From: Tetramitus jugosus | Lineage: Eukaryota; Protista; Heterolobosea | Assembly (NCBI GenBank): GCA_937625935.1 | Contig: OW569364.1 | Coordinates: forward strand, 62,001-126,000 | Direction of reading: 5' to 3' | Length of the DNA stretch: 64,000 nucleotides | Part shown: positions 10,771 to 22,212 of the stretch, piece by piece | How positions within the stretch are numbered: position 1 is the first letter of the stretch | Layout of the letters: every line of letters starts with the position of its first letter | Translations under genes and position numbers: made by a program | Notes under the pieces: model-generated | Seen by the model: the letters and a program-made list of their open reading frames with translations, nothing else | What the model was told of the DNA's origin: nothing | The model's database searches: none

Positions 10771-12897
10771 ATGTTACATAGAGAGAAAGGATCGAGTGGT
10801 GCTCCCATTCTTTCCCTAGCGATCATATTCGCATTAATCTGTGCTTTTTACACCAATTTGTCTGATGCTAGAACTTCTGCAAGAATCAATGCAGGAGCAA
10901 GTAAAGACTATACTGATCCAGCAGGCAACCTGTGGATGTCAGATCGTAACTTTTCTGGAGGAAAGACTGGCAACATTGACACATCATTGTTCAACAGTAC
11001 TCAAGTTCAATTGCATGCTAATTACAGAGTTGCAAACAACAGAAGAGTTGGACTGAAGTATGCTATCGATACAATGGATGCCGGCAATTACACTTGTGCC
11101 CTCTACTTTACTGAATCAAATCCAGCGGCAGCTGCAGCTTCCAGAAGAGTTTTCCATGTGAGCATCAATGGTCAACGTGTTGCAACTAGTTTCGATATCT
11201 ACAAGCAATCTGGTGATCTCTACCTCCCTCTCGTCAAAACCTTTGCTTGTACTCCAGACGCTAAGGGTATCATCGCCATTTCATTTGACTACTTTATCGG
11301 AGATCCAATTGTTTCTGCATTGGAAGTGACCCAAGTAAATACACCTGATCCAGAGCCTTCTACCTCTACACCTCCTCCACCTCCACCATCAAGTGGTGGT
11401 GAAGAAGAGATTGATGTAGGAGTGTCTCCGCTTCCTGGTGCTCCACCAACTTATGTTAGACCACCAGCTGGAAATCCAAACCCAACGAACTTGCCAGTGG
11501 AAAGAGCCTTGTACAGAATCAATTGTGGTAGCACTGTGGATTACACTGACACCAGAGGAAAGAAATGGGCCAAGGATCAATACTACGTTGATCCAACCAT
11601 TGTTGATCGTTTTGACAACATTCCATGGGCACCACTGGAACCTCATCCATATGGTGTTGATGGTTGCTATGACGAAACCATTTACTTGACAGAGAGATTC
11701 CATCCTGACGGTTTCTCTTATCTCTTCCCTAATGTTCCAAATGGCAAATGGCTCGTCAGAGTTCACTTTGCAGAATTGTACACTGGCAATTTCATCTTGT
11801 ATGATCCACTGAATCCAAATCAAGGATTGAAGGGTACAAATGCGAGAGTGTTCAGTGTCAGAGCTAACGGTGCGACAAAGCTACCAAGGGTTGACGTGTT
11901 CCAATCTATTGGACCTTACTCTGCAATTGTTAGAGAGTTTTATGTTGATATCAATGGAGAGAACCAAATCAAGTTGGACTTTGTGAAGATTATTGAATCA
12001 CCAATGGTTTTCGCCATTGAAATTGTTCATGCTGCTGATGTTGTTCCAGCTCAATTGCTACCAACAGGAAGAAGACAAGGTATTGCATCGTTGTACATGG
12101 ACTATGGAGATTATTACCAGAATCCTATTATGACAATGCCAGAGGGTGGTAAATTCACCAAGCCCGTCAGCTATGTTGAGATTGCTGATTACTACAACAA
12201 TCCAAACAATTATCCATTCGCTGGATGGAGAAGCACTCCATACTCTTTCCAATTTGCAATGAAGGCTTACACTTATCTGAGAGTTCCTAAGGCAGGTGAT
12301 TACAAGATTTCACTTGAGAGTAACGACGGTTCTATCATGTGGGTCTGGAAGGACACACAGGGCAAGGGAACACCAGTAGAGATCAACTGTGATGGTAACC
12401 ACGTTGCAACACAAGTCGCTGCTGTCGTCAACTTCCCAGCTGCAGGTTTCTATCCAGTTCTCTTGTACTACTTCAACGGTAATATCAACTGTGCTTTGAG
12501 AATTTATTGGATGACACCAGATGATGACTGGAGCACCTATATTCCATACAGAAACGCTGGTCGTGTCATTGCACCAGAATTCTGGTCCTATGATCCTGCT
12601 GTCATCACTCCAGTCGTCACTGCTGTCAATCCAAACCATGGTCCAGTTGGCGGTGGCAATGTTATTACGGTTACTGGTGCCGGTTTCAGTGATAGAAAGA
12701 ACACAAAGTGCAGATTCAACCATCCAGGCAAGGGATCCACTTATTCGGCTGCCACTTATGATATCACTGGCAGCAATGTTTCTTGTACTGTTCCAGAAAT
12801 GTTGGGAGGTATGGGAAGTGTTCAAGTGGTCATCTTCAGTACCGCTGGAGCAGTACTCAAAGAATCTAATAACTTCAATTACTTCTTTGACGCCTAA
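10771..12897 (+). CDS. Secreted malectin-malectin-PA14-IPT/TIG protein
   Basis: Signal peptide; RINAG...RRVFHVSING and RINCGS...VRVHFAE malectin repeats; SNDGS PA14; VNPNHGPVGGGNVITVTGAGF IPT domain. Confidence 0.9.
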   Translation: MLHREKGSSGAPILSLAIIFALICAFYTNLSDARTSARINAGASKDYTDPAGNLWMSDRNFSGGKTGNIDTSLFNSTQVQLHANYRVANNRRVGLKYAIDTMDAGNYTCALYFTESNPAAAAASRRVFHVSINGQRVATSFDIYKQSGDLYLPLVKTFACTPDAKGIIAISFDYFIGDPIVSALEVTQVNTPDPEPSTSTPPPPPPSSGGEEEIDVGVSPLPGAPPTYVRPPAGNPNPTNLPVERALYRINCGSTVDYTDTRGKKWAKDQYYVDPTIVDRFDNIPWAPLEPHPYGVDGCYDETIYLTERFHPDGFSYLFPNVPNGKWLVRVHFAELYTGNFILYDPLNPNQGLKGTNARVFSVRANGATKLPRVDVFQSIGPYSAIVREFYVDINGENQIKLDFVKIIESPMVFAIEIVHAADVVPAQLLPTGRRQGIASLYMDYGDYYQNPIMTMPEGGKFTKPVSYVEIADYYNNPNNYPFAGWRSTPYSFQFAMKAYTYLRVPKAGDYKISLESNDGSIMWVWKDTQGKGTPVEINCDGNHVATQVAAVVNFPAAGFYPVLLYYFNGNINCALRIYWMTPDDDWSTYIPYRNAGRVIAPEFWSYDPAVITPVVTAVNPNHGPVGGGNVITVTGAGFSDRKNTKCRFNHPGKGSTYSAATYDITGSNVSCTVPEMLGGMGSVQVVIFSTAGAVLKESNNFNYFFDA

Positions 12898-13273
12898 GTT
12901 TAGTAAATAAAACAATTTGTTATCATATTATACTCGTCTGAACACGCAAATAGAAAAGTCGCATGTACCACAGGGTGCATATTATGTGAAGGAGGATGTT
13001 GCTGTTTGGAGTTTTCCACTATTTGGTCATAACTATGGGCACGCCTTCATCAAAGTTCTTCAAAAGGACGGTGCTGTTCAGTTCAGGTGTGCACGATCTG
13101 GTTGTTCCCCATGAAATTCATGCATACAGGAGCACTTTTACCAATCCGTTATCTTCAGGATTTGTCGCTTCTGACACCAGACCAATCAACAGGCAGTCTG
13201 TCAACACAAAAATCCAACCACGCAGAATCCTATTAATAGATCACAACCATTGTTTCCCAAGCAAAAGAAAAAG

Positions 13274-15631
13274 ATGAAGGGGGATCTGGCAAATGCATCC
13301 ACCTATGAACTGGTCAGTCAGATTGTACAAGAACCCAGTTGGACCAGTGCAAAACGTTCCATTCCTTTGCTCTGTGGGGGCCAATCCAACACCAATCAAG
13401 ATGACAAATCTCTGAAGAGAACATTGAACAACAAGATTGATTTCTGCTTGCGTAGTGGTATCATGTTTTCTCTGGATGAAGAAGTCATGAAGGGTTTTGC
13501 TATACTGATACACACGATCCTCGATCGTTTCTTGTCCTGTAAACTCATTTCCAGTGCCACTGCTAGCAGTGAGAAGCAAGATGATGCTGAGGAACAGGAT
13601 AATAGTTGCAACAGTCATCCAATCTCAGTTGACGATTGGTTGGTTCAAATGTTTCTTGACAGTGACATCAAAATTAAAAAGTATTCACTCATGGACTGGC
13701 TTGTTGAGTGCATGAAGTACATCATGGCTGAAAGGGATATCGAAGATGAGGAGGAACAAGACACCGATAGCGATAGTGAACGCTCTGACAGAGATGAAGA
13801 CGAGCCAATGGAAATGAAGAACGAAGACGAGGATAATGAGGAGAAGAAGTGGCTGGTCGATGAATTCAAACAATTGAATCAATTGTATGACAAGTGGAGT
13901 GAAGAACCATTCTTTAGTTTTGTGGCCCAGAACGAGGAATTGAAAAAGTTCTTAAAGACACTGTTTAAGTTCTTCCATGATAGAATCGAAACACGAGAGC
14001 AATTGGTGAATTCATATCGCATCTACTCCTTGTCTCTCAATTTGGAAATTGTGAGTTACATTCTATCCTGTGCACCTATATTCAACGGGTCTCATGACAA
14101 GAAGATGGAGAAGCTATTTGTGAGGGTCCCATCCTTCTTTTATGATGATGATGCTCAGGTGTTGGCACTGGAGTTTATTCGTGATGAGTTGTTGGTACAG
14201 GGACGTGAGAAGTACAAGAGTGTGGATGACGTATGGAAGAATAGACCTTTGACGGTTGCTCTCTATACTGTACTCAACACTGAACAACTCACTGCTATCG
14301 TGACTCAGTTGCCGTCATACTTGTTTCCGGTTCATGGAACGATTGATGACTCCTTTTCGTCTTTGATACACTTGATACTGGTCTACCATGGGCTTAACTT
14401 TGACTCTGCGATCCAAAAGGCCAACAAGACAGATGTTAGACAGTTTATGACTCAAGGGCTAGAAAGTAAGGATGTTGACAGGAGGATGTTATGCATTCGT
14501 ATCATTGACAAGTTGAGTCGTTCTGTATTCGTGGAAATGTTTGATGGCTTGAAACCGATACTATGGAGCGTGGCAATGAAATTAACGAATTCTGAGGAAC
14601 AAAGACAACTTAGTGAAACATTGGAATTGCAGGCCAGACGAGCGCTCCAAAAAGACCCAATCTTCGCACAAATTATCATTCAATTCATTTTCGACTTGGC
14701 TTTTGAGTTCAGAGAAAGCTCAGATTTGGCATTTCCTGTTGTGTTGTCTCGAGTGATGAGCGACAAAAATGCCAAATTGGAGTCTGATAAGTTGTCAGAG
14801 TATGTGAGATCATTGACTATCACATTAGAGAACAGAGAGAAGGGCTATCTCTCAAATCGTCGTGAAAATTCTAGGAACAACTTTGTCGAGGCTATCTCTG
14901 CGATATCCTTGGTCCTGGATAAGGCAGATTCGATTGCTATTGAATCTTTGAATGGATTACAACGTGTCGTATATCGTTGCTTATCTGTCAGAGATAGCAC
15001 AATCAGAAAAATCAGTTGGACTCTCTACAGTCGTTTGATTCAAAACCAAGTTCTTGGCGGTATGGAGACAACTCACCAGAAGAACTCATCTTCAAAGCAT
15101 ATGAGTTTGTTTCATTACACATTCTCGTTGATATGCAAGAGGCCTTTGGAGGCATTCAAGATAAAAGCAGGAAGGAAGTTGTTGCTTCAACAATATCAAG
15201 ATCAAACACGGGAGGAACTTGAACTCTTCCATGATCAACTGCTTCCACTCTATCTACAAAAGATTTCGAAAGGCTTTGCCTCGCAAGATACTCTTTTGAC
15301 AGAAGAGAGTTTTCTCTCATTGGGTCTGTTGTATTGTACAGCTCCCAGCTTGATTCGAAGTTCTACTTCCTTTCCAGCCCAAGAATTTCTTGATTACCTC
15401 GAGTATGACTATTTGAACATTTCTGATTCGAAGCCAACCTATGTCGCGTGTTGGTTGACATATTTGGAGCTCCGTTGCGATCATATTTCATTGAGCTCTG
15501 AAAACCAGGTAAGGTTAATATTGGATGAACTATATGAAACTGATGTTTATCAAACGAACCAACAGATTCTTCAGCCACTCGTCTCTCGTTTACTCGTGGC
15601 GGGTTGCTGCAAACACAGAAAAAGAAACTGA
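13274..15631 (+). CDS. Hypothetical alpha-helical (ARM/HEAT-like) protein
   Basis: About 785-aa ORF, Leu-rich helical with an acidic loop; fold assignment tentative. Confidence 0.7.
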   Translation: MKGDLANASTYELVSQIVQEPSWTSAKRSIPLLCGGQSNTNQDDKSLKRTLNNKIDFCLRSGIMFSLDEEVMKGFAILIHTILDRFLSCKLISSATASSEKQDDAEEQDNSCNSHPISVDDWLVQMFLDSDIKIKKYSLMDWLVECMKYIMAERDIEDEEEQDTDSDSERSDRDEDEPMEMKNEDEDNEEKKWLVDEFKQLNQLYDKWSEEPFFSFVAQNEELKKFLKTLFKFFHDRIETREQLVNSYRIYSLSLNLEIVSYILSCAPIFNGSHDKKMEKLFVRVPSFFYDDDAQVLALEFIRDELLVQGREKYKSVDDVWKNRPLTVALYTVLNTEQLTAIVTQLPSYLFPVHGTIDDSFSSLIHLILVYHGLNFDSAIQKANKTDVRQFMTQGLESKDVDRRMLCIRIIDKLSRSVFVEMFDGLKPILWSVAMKLTNSEEQRQLSETLELQARRALQKDPIFAQIIIQFIFDLAFEFRESSDLAFPVVLSRVMSDKNAKLESDKLSEYVRSLTITLENREKGYLSNRRENSRNNFVEAISAISLVLDKADSIAIESLNGLQRVVYRCLSVRDSTIRKISWTLYSRLIQNQVLGGMETTHQKNSSSKHMSLFHYTFSLICKRPLEAFKIKAGRKLLLQQYQDQTREELELFHDQLLPLYLQKISKGFASQDTLLTEESFLSLGLLYCTAPSLIRSSTSFPAQEFLDYLEYDYLNISDSKPTYVACWLTYLELRCDHISLSSENQVRLILDELYETDVYQTNQQILQPLVSRLLVAGCCKHRKRN

Positions 15632-16608
15632 ACTGCTATCGGTTTGGTGGAACCAAGCAACCTTCAATGTTTAACGTAAAACAATACAAAAAAAAGTTAA
15701 ATGATCACCACATAGGACAATTCCGAAAGTTGAATTTCAACTCTCATGGACCAAGTAAGATGGATGGCCACGGCCAAAAAAGTTTCTCGGAGTTGGAAAC
15801 AAATGATAAGAATTAGAAAGAGAATATTAATTATTTGTACATTCGAGCGAAAAGAGATAAAGAGTTGCGTAAAATTTGGAAACTCAATACATTACACACT
15901 TCGTCACAATTTCTATTCGTCCAAAGTGAACGTGAGGTCTGAAGCAAGAGATAGACGATATCATTTCCTTTGATAATGATCTCACTGAGATATTGATCAA
16001 GGAATTTCACTCTACTTTCATTCATGATTGCGAGTGGTGATACTACAATGATCAATTATCTCACTTACTTCTTGATGATCACTGCTCATCAGACTTTTGA
16101 ATTGATGGTTCATTGACTCAGCAGAGTTGCTACCAAGATCACTGACTTTCTCACAGACTTTAGCATCACTTTTGATTGGCTGATTTATATACTTGTCAAA
16201 TACCCCTTGCCAAAGAATGTAATGTTCATCTTTCGAACTTGCTATTCCTTAATTTTCAACTCATACAGCTTCCTGAGAAGATACCTCAATTGTCTCTCTG
16301 AAGTATCTCTAACACAGGGGATTGACTACTGAGGGATAAGAGCTTCTGATTGTATCAACAATACCATGTTCAGAGTCGGGCTAAACTTTGATCGTACAGC
16401 CTAGCTCATGACATGGAAAAAAGATACTTGCTCATTTTTTGTGTTAGGGTTCTGTTAAAACATTTGCACGTAGTTGACAAGACGCTCAGAAAACACCTTC
16501 AATATTACCACCTTCATTTGTTTGACTCCGTTGACTTCAAAACAGATCTGGACATCCATTGCTTTCCCCCTATCCTAATCCAAGACCCAAATCCGTCGCT
16601 TCAGTGCG

Positions 16609-16630
16609 ATATATATATATATATATATAT
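16609..16630. repeat. (AT)n microsatellite
   Basis: atatatatatatatatatatat run. Confidence 0.9.
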
Positions 16631-16909
16631 TCTTTGCTTCAAACAGAACTGTTTTGAATGTCTGATTGTAAAAATGGACATCCTTGTTCAGAAATGGGAA
16701 ACCTTAAGGGATAGGTAATTGTTATTTTCGTTTCTTCTGCTTTTACTTCAAGTAATTGACTTGGACCAATTCTCCCCAAATATTCGCCCATTTAAACCCG
16801 TCTACGAAAAATTATCTCTTTACATTCGTGTATCTGTGCTTGACAATATTAACACCCGTTTTATGTTGCATATTTTTTTGTTCGGTCAAATTTCCAGTTA
16901 GCAACAAAC

Positions 16910-17460
16910 AATAAAATAGAGTCTCTTCTTCCATCCAAGTTTTTCAACGACAACATTATAGATTTTTGTTTAACGGACATACCATACGAGAGTGGTGTTT
17001 ATATACTTAACTCACAGTTCTATCCACTACTCGCGCAACACACAGATGCATTCAAAGAATTCTCCAACATGATGTTTTTTGTGACAGAGCAACATTGCTC
17101 CCAGTATGTGTGAATAACCACTGGATACTATTTATTATCCAACCAACTCAAAGGAGCTTAGAGTTGATCTATTGTGACAGCCTTGCCACCTGGAATATGT
17201 CTCTGGTCAACCATTTGACAAATTTTTGCAGAGAGCTTGGAAGTATAGGAACAATAACGGTGGAAGCCTTTCATCCGCTGGGATTCATATCAATATAAGG
17301 AAACCGAAGCTTCCACAACAATCAAATTCTTTTGATTGTGGTTTGTATGTTTTGCGAGAAAATATATCGAGTTGTTGAGCGAGCTTGAACTGTTTTTGTC
17401 TGGAGATATCGGGGTCAGTCCAGATTCGGTTCACATGTACCGTCGTGAGCTGAAGCAAAG
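16910..17460 (+). pseudogene. Ulp1/C48 SUMO-protease remnant
   Basis: SLLPSKFFNDNIIDF...NSQFY, LPVCVNNHW, YCDSL, PQQSNSFDCGLYV (His, Asp, Gln, Cys) split by frameshifts. Confidence 0.85.
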
Positions 17461-18795
17461 ATAGTATCAAATGTTATTAAAGAACCAAAGACTTCTGAGG
17501 AGAGAAGTGAGAAGCAACAACCGAGGAGTATATGCAAAAATTTGGAATCCATTTTTGAGAAAGAAGAGAAGAAGACCTTCACACAAAACTGGTGATTCAT
17601 ATCTGCATTGCTCCTACTCATTTGACAAATGGACAATGGTTAAGGCATGTGACCCAAGTGATTTGGATGCAGAGAGAAGGTTTTGGTCAACATTTTCAGA
17701 GATCCAAGAGATTTGCTGAAGATCATTTCGAAGCTTTTAAACTCAGGCTTAAAGAGTTGAGCAAGAAGATATGTACAACAAAACTATAGATGACTTGACA
17801 GAACAAAATTTCTCAGTGCTTATCCTCTCAAAAAATTTGGTAGATTACGCAGTAGAGGAGAGATCATCAGTATTCTAAATACTGGAATTCGAGTGATAGA
17901 AGTCTTCGTTCTAACAGCCTTGGCTCTACTAATAATGTTACCAAAACAGCAATACGTTTGCTTGAGAAGAAACTTTTCTGTTTTTCAGCTCCCTGCTTTT
18001 TCAACCTTCACTTAACGGTGTTGCTTTTCTCAAATGAAAAATGAAAAATGCAATTAAAAATTCACTGTTACGTAACTGGTCACTCATGTCCGTGATATTC
18101 CAAGATCTTGGTAGAAATTCTAGCTATGAAGTTAATGAGACTGCCGCTGTGTTATAGTCTCATAGGACAACAAAATGATTTCCAAGTGCTGTACAACTGG
18201 TCCAAATCAACAACACTCCATGGCAAATACAAGAACAACAAGACGAAAAAGAAGAGTTCTTCCAGTGTTTCAGAAACTGAGCAAGTGGTCTGATGACCTT
18301 ATTGAAGAATTGAAGATCTCTTGGGTAGCCTTAAGAAGAATTATTCGTGTGAAACAGACGCAATTTGTGATTTCATCAAGCTCATATTGGCTACCAGAAG
18401 GATAATTATATGTAAATTTCATCACTTTAAGCTTAAAGTGAAATGAGACAGTAGGTGATGTTGTGAATGTTTTCTTACCTATTTTATCTTTTCCTCAATT
18501 CTTGTCGGATATAATCATTCCTACAAAAATTGAATAGAAACATATCCAACTGTTGTATAAGTGTATTATTGAAAAACAATTTCAAATTTTTCCGGGTTCT
18601 ATTGTATTGTTCAACCCTATCATATATTTATTTATTTGGTATTCAATGCATTACTATGCATTTCTTAAAACATAGATTTTTATTGATTTACAGATCAATC
18701 TCGACAAAGATGATATCTCCTAATTATGAATTGTGAATGGGATCAATATTAGTTTTGTTACGTTCCTTTTTCTGAAAAAATAACATCACAAAGGC

Positions 18796-20252
18796 CTCCA
18801 CCAACTTATGTTAGACCACCAGCTGGAAATCCAAACCCAGCAAACTTGCCAGTGGAAAGAGCCTTGTACAGAATCAATTGTGGTAGCACTGTGGATTACA
18901 CTGACACCAGAGGAAAGAAATGGGCCAAGGATCAATACTACGTTGACCCGACTACTGTTGATCGTTTTGATAACATTCCATGGGCACCATTGGAACCTCA
19001 TCCATATGGTGTTGATGGTTGCTATGACGAAACCATTTACTTGACCGAGAGATACTTCCCTGACGGGTTCTCTTATCTCTTCCCTAATGTTCCAAATGGC
19101 AAATGGCTCGTCAGAGTTCACTTTGCTGAGTTGTACGCTGGCAATTTCATCTTGTATGATCCACTGAATCCAAATCAAGGATTGAAAGGTACAGGTGCAA
19201 GAGTGTTCAGTGTGCGAGCCAATGGTGTTACAATGTTGCCAAAGGTCGACGTTTTCCAATCTATTGGACCTTACTCTGCAATTGTTCGAGAGTTCTATGT
19301 TGATATCAATGGAGAAAACCAAATCAAGTTGGACTTTGTGAAGATTGTGGAATCACCAATGGTTTTCGCCATTGAAATAGTTCATGCTGCTGATGTTGTT
19401 CCAGCTCAATTGCTACCAACAGGAAGAAAACAAGGTATTCCGTCATTGTACATGGACTACGGTGATTATTATCAAAATCCTATTATGACAATGCCAGAGG
19501 GTGGTAAACTCACCAAGCCCGTCAGCTATGTTGAGATTGCTGATTACTACAACAATCCAAACAACTTCCCATTCACTGGATGGAGAAGCACTCCATACTC
19601 TGCCCAGTTCGCAATGAAGGCTTACACTTATCTGAGAGTTCCTAAGGCAGGTGACTACAAGATTACACTTGACAGTAATGATGGTTCAATCATGTGGATC
19701 TGGACTGACACACAGGGCAAGGGAACACCAGTAGAGATCAACGACGACGGTAACCACGTTGCAACACAAATCCCTGCTGTAGTGAAATTCCCATCCCCTG
19801 GTTTCTATCCTGTCCTTTTGTACTACTTCCAAGGTCAAATCAACTGTGCATTGAGACTCTATTGGATGACACCAGATGACGACTGGAACACCTATGTGCC
19901 ATACAGAAACACTGGTCGTGTCATCGCTCCAGAATTCTGGTCGTATGATCCTTCGGCCATTCCAGCGGTCATCAGTGCTGTCAATCCAAACCATGGGCCA
20001 GTTGCCGGTGGTAACGTTGTCACAATCTCTGGTGCTGGTTTCAGTGATAGAAAGAACACAAAGTGCAGATTCAACCATCCAGGCAAGGGATCCGCTAACG
20101 CTACTGCCACATATGATGTCACTGGTAACAATGTTTCTTGTACTGTTCCAGAAATGTTGGGAGGCATGGGAAGTGTTCAAGTTGTTGTTTTTGATGCAGC
20201 TGGGGCTGTGCTCAAAGAATCCAACAACGCCAATTACTTCTACGATTTTTAA
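18796..20252 (+). pseudogene. 5'-truncated paralog of the malectin-PA14-IPT gene (frame still open)
   Basis: Homology to the first copy begins abruptly at ctccaccaacttatg (=11441); no signal peptide or first malectin; no upstream in-frame ATG before TAG at 18750. Confidence 0.75.
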
Positions 20253-20321
20253 TATCGATTTAAACCAATAAAAAATTGGAGATGGGAAGCTTGTTTTATT
20301 GATGCTGTATACAAAGTTAAC

Positions 20322-21131
20322 TCAACATCCCAAAACACCCTTGGCTCTATTCCAGAACTTGTCACGGTCAGCCTTTCCATTGTAACCACCATTGATCTTC
20401 TTGGTGATGATATCAAAGGAGGCTTGAGTGTTCTGATCAGCATACTGGTTCAATGATCTAGTTTTCCAGTACCAAGCAGCAATCTTGAATCCCCATTGTG
20501 GTGTAGCAGCAAGTGTTGGGTTTTCTTCCAAATCGACACCCAAGTCTGCACCAGCAGTTCTGTAGTTGGCTCTGCCTGTCAATTGGATTGGACCTCTGCC
20601 CTTGTATCTTGTACCATCACCTGGGTAAATGTTGCCAAGGTTCTTTCTGCCTTCATAAGCAGCACCAGAGGCAATTTCTTCCATGTATCTCAACTCTGCA
20701 GACTCGTGAGCCAATTGAGCCAAGAAGGACGACATTCTTGAACAGGTGGTAATACTGCCCCAGGACAAGGCATCGTTAATGTGGCTAATGTAGCCGTTGG
20801 CCTTTGAGTTGGACAAGTTTGGCATAATGGCCTTGAGTTGATCCATGGAAAGGACGCCATTAGATGAATCAGAGGCAACTTCTTCGGTAGTATTCTTGTT
20901 AATGTACTTCTTCTTGAGGGAGGCAACAATAGTTTTGGCGTTTTTAGCCTTATGGATAGCATTGTTCCACTTTCCCAAGACCTTCTTGACCTTTGGATCA
21001 GAAATCTTGGACAAGTCAACCTTCTTTTGAACCAGCTTTTTGGAGAGCTTTGAGTTGGATGGGGCAGCTTGGGAGACGGCCAAGATTGCCAACAACAAAA
21101 TGGCAGCAATTGCAATAAGAGAGAATCTCAT
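20322..21131 (-). CDS. Secreted glycoside hydrolase family 19 (lysozyme/chitinase, endolysin-like)
   Basis: Signal peptide MRFSLIAIAAILL; FLAQLAHES, GDGTRYKGRGPIQLTGRANY, INGGYNG motifs. Confidence 0.93.
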   Translation of the reverse strand: MRFSLIAIAAILLLAILAVSQAAPSNSKLSKKLVQKKVDLSKISDPKVKKVLGKWNNAIHKAKNAKTIVASLKKKYINKNTTEEVASDSSNGVLSMDQLKAIMPNLSNSKANGYISHINDALSWGSITTCSRMSSFLAQLAHESAELRYMEEIASGAAYEGRKNLGNIYPGDGTRYKGRGPIQLTGRANYRTAGADLGVDLEENPTLAATPQWGFKIAAWYWKTRSLNQYADQNTQASFDIITKKINGGYNGKADRDKFWNRAKGVLGC

Positions 21132-21555
21132 TATAGTTTGTAGTAGTGTGAATGTAATATGTTTCTTGGTAACCCCACGAACGAAGAACGAAAAGAACAA
21201 AAAACGCCAAGTGAGGGGGATCAAGTTCCAGGTGGTAATTGGATGATGGAGTTTTCTTTGTGCTACCCTATCTTGCGCAGCAACCTTGCTGCCCCGAGCG
21301 GAGCTATCAGCGAAACGTCATCAGTCCTTCCCGTTAGACAGCTGAAATCACCAAAAGAGTGGTCTCCTCTGTTGCTTTTCAATCCTAACACTGTATCTCC
21401 TACCGAGGAAGGGATGATGATTCTTCTCAGACCTTGCAACCAAATGTTTGTTGCCCCTTTGTTCTTTAGATCATCCATTCGTCAAATTGATTCGTCAGAC
21501 TTCTCTTCATCTAGGATGTTTCTTCGTCCAAGTTCTGTTAAAACATATAATAGAT

Positions 21556-21675
21556 GTCTACGTTCATACAATGGTGGAACCACCTCTTCCCATTTCGAAT
21601 AGAGAAGTTAAGCACCATCTGGCTGAGTTAGTATTGAGATAGGAGACTACTCGAGAACCCTCAGTAATGTAGGCT
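21556..21675 (+). rRNA. 5S rRNA
   Basis: GTCTACGTTCATAC...GAAGTTAAGCA (box A)...GTTAGTATTGAGATAGGAGACT (box C)...TGTAGGC followed by TTTT Pol III terminator; ~120 nt; 5' and 3' ends pair. Confidence 0.93.
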
Positions 21676-21786
21676 TTTGGCCTTGTTTTATGCCCTTTTA
21701 ACTTTGAAAGAGTGAAGGCAAATTTGAATGTTACTCGCTCAATTGCAAAACACTAGAATACCTGACTGTACGAATTGCGCAATAGT

Positions 21787-22212
21787 TTATTGATTCACCC
21801 AGTTGTTAATGGCTTCTTCTTGATCAGAAGAAATCTCATTTCGTCCCTGAGTCGTAATCACCTTACCGCTCTGATCCACAACGATCAACGAAGGAATGCC
21901 AGTAATCTTGAACTTGCTCTTGAGTTCCTGAGCCTTGGAATCAGTCAAAGGAACAGCCAACCATGGCATACTCTCCAAATATTCCTTGAAGCTGTTCTCG
22001 TCACGGTCAGACGAGATGAAAACAATTTCAAAGTCAGGACTGGCTGCGTTCTGGTAACAGGAGGCCAAGATGGGTGTGAAGCCTCTGCATGGTGGGCACC
22101 AATGAGCACTAAAGTACAATCCAATAGCCTTCTTGTTCTTGAGGGCTTCTTGAGCAGATATGGACTCTCCCTTGGCGTTGGTAAGCTTGATATCACCGAA
22201 TAGACTGGCCAT
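21787..22212 (-). CDS. Nucleoredoxin/tryparedoxin-like thioredoxin
   Basis: GLYFSAHWCPPCRGFTP, FEIVFISSD, MPWLAVP. Confidence 0.95.
   Translation of the reverse strand: MASLFGDIKLTNAKGESISAQEALKNKKAIGLYFSAHWCPPCRGFTPILASCYQNAASPDFEIVFISSDRDENSFKEYLESMPWLAVPLTDSKAQELKSKFKITGIPSLIVVDQSGKVITTQGRNEISSDQEEAINNWVNQ

Larger units (their letters stand above)
15650..18795. mobile_element. Decayed Mutator-like (MULE) DNA transposon island with Ulp1 cargo
   Basis: AT-rich with no long ORF; SNSAESMNHQFK on minus (16131-16096) and STNNVTKTAIRLLEKKLF on plus (~17925-17978) resemble the MULE TNNxxE motif; Ulp1 remnant; boundaries approximate. Confidence 0.6.

Noticed and set aside
12917-13273. Upstream ORF in frame with the 793-aa ORF across two TGA codons (possible Sec/readthrough); weak PH-like text on minus
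   Set aside because: No selenoprotein motif or SECIS seen; TGA is a normal stop elsewhere in the window; more likely decayed sequence
15660-18790. Possible TIRs (aacgtaaaacaata versus the reverse complement of tagttttgttacgtt)
   Set aside because: Too short and AT-rich; no TSD found
21290-21345. CTGATGA on minus suggesting a hammerhead ribozyme
   Set aside because: No stem II followed by GAAA and no matching stems I and III
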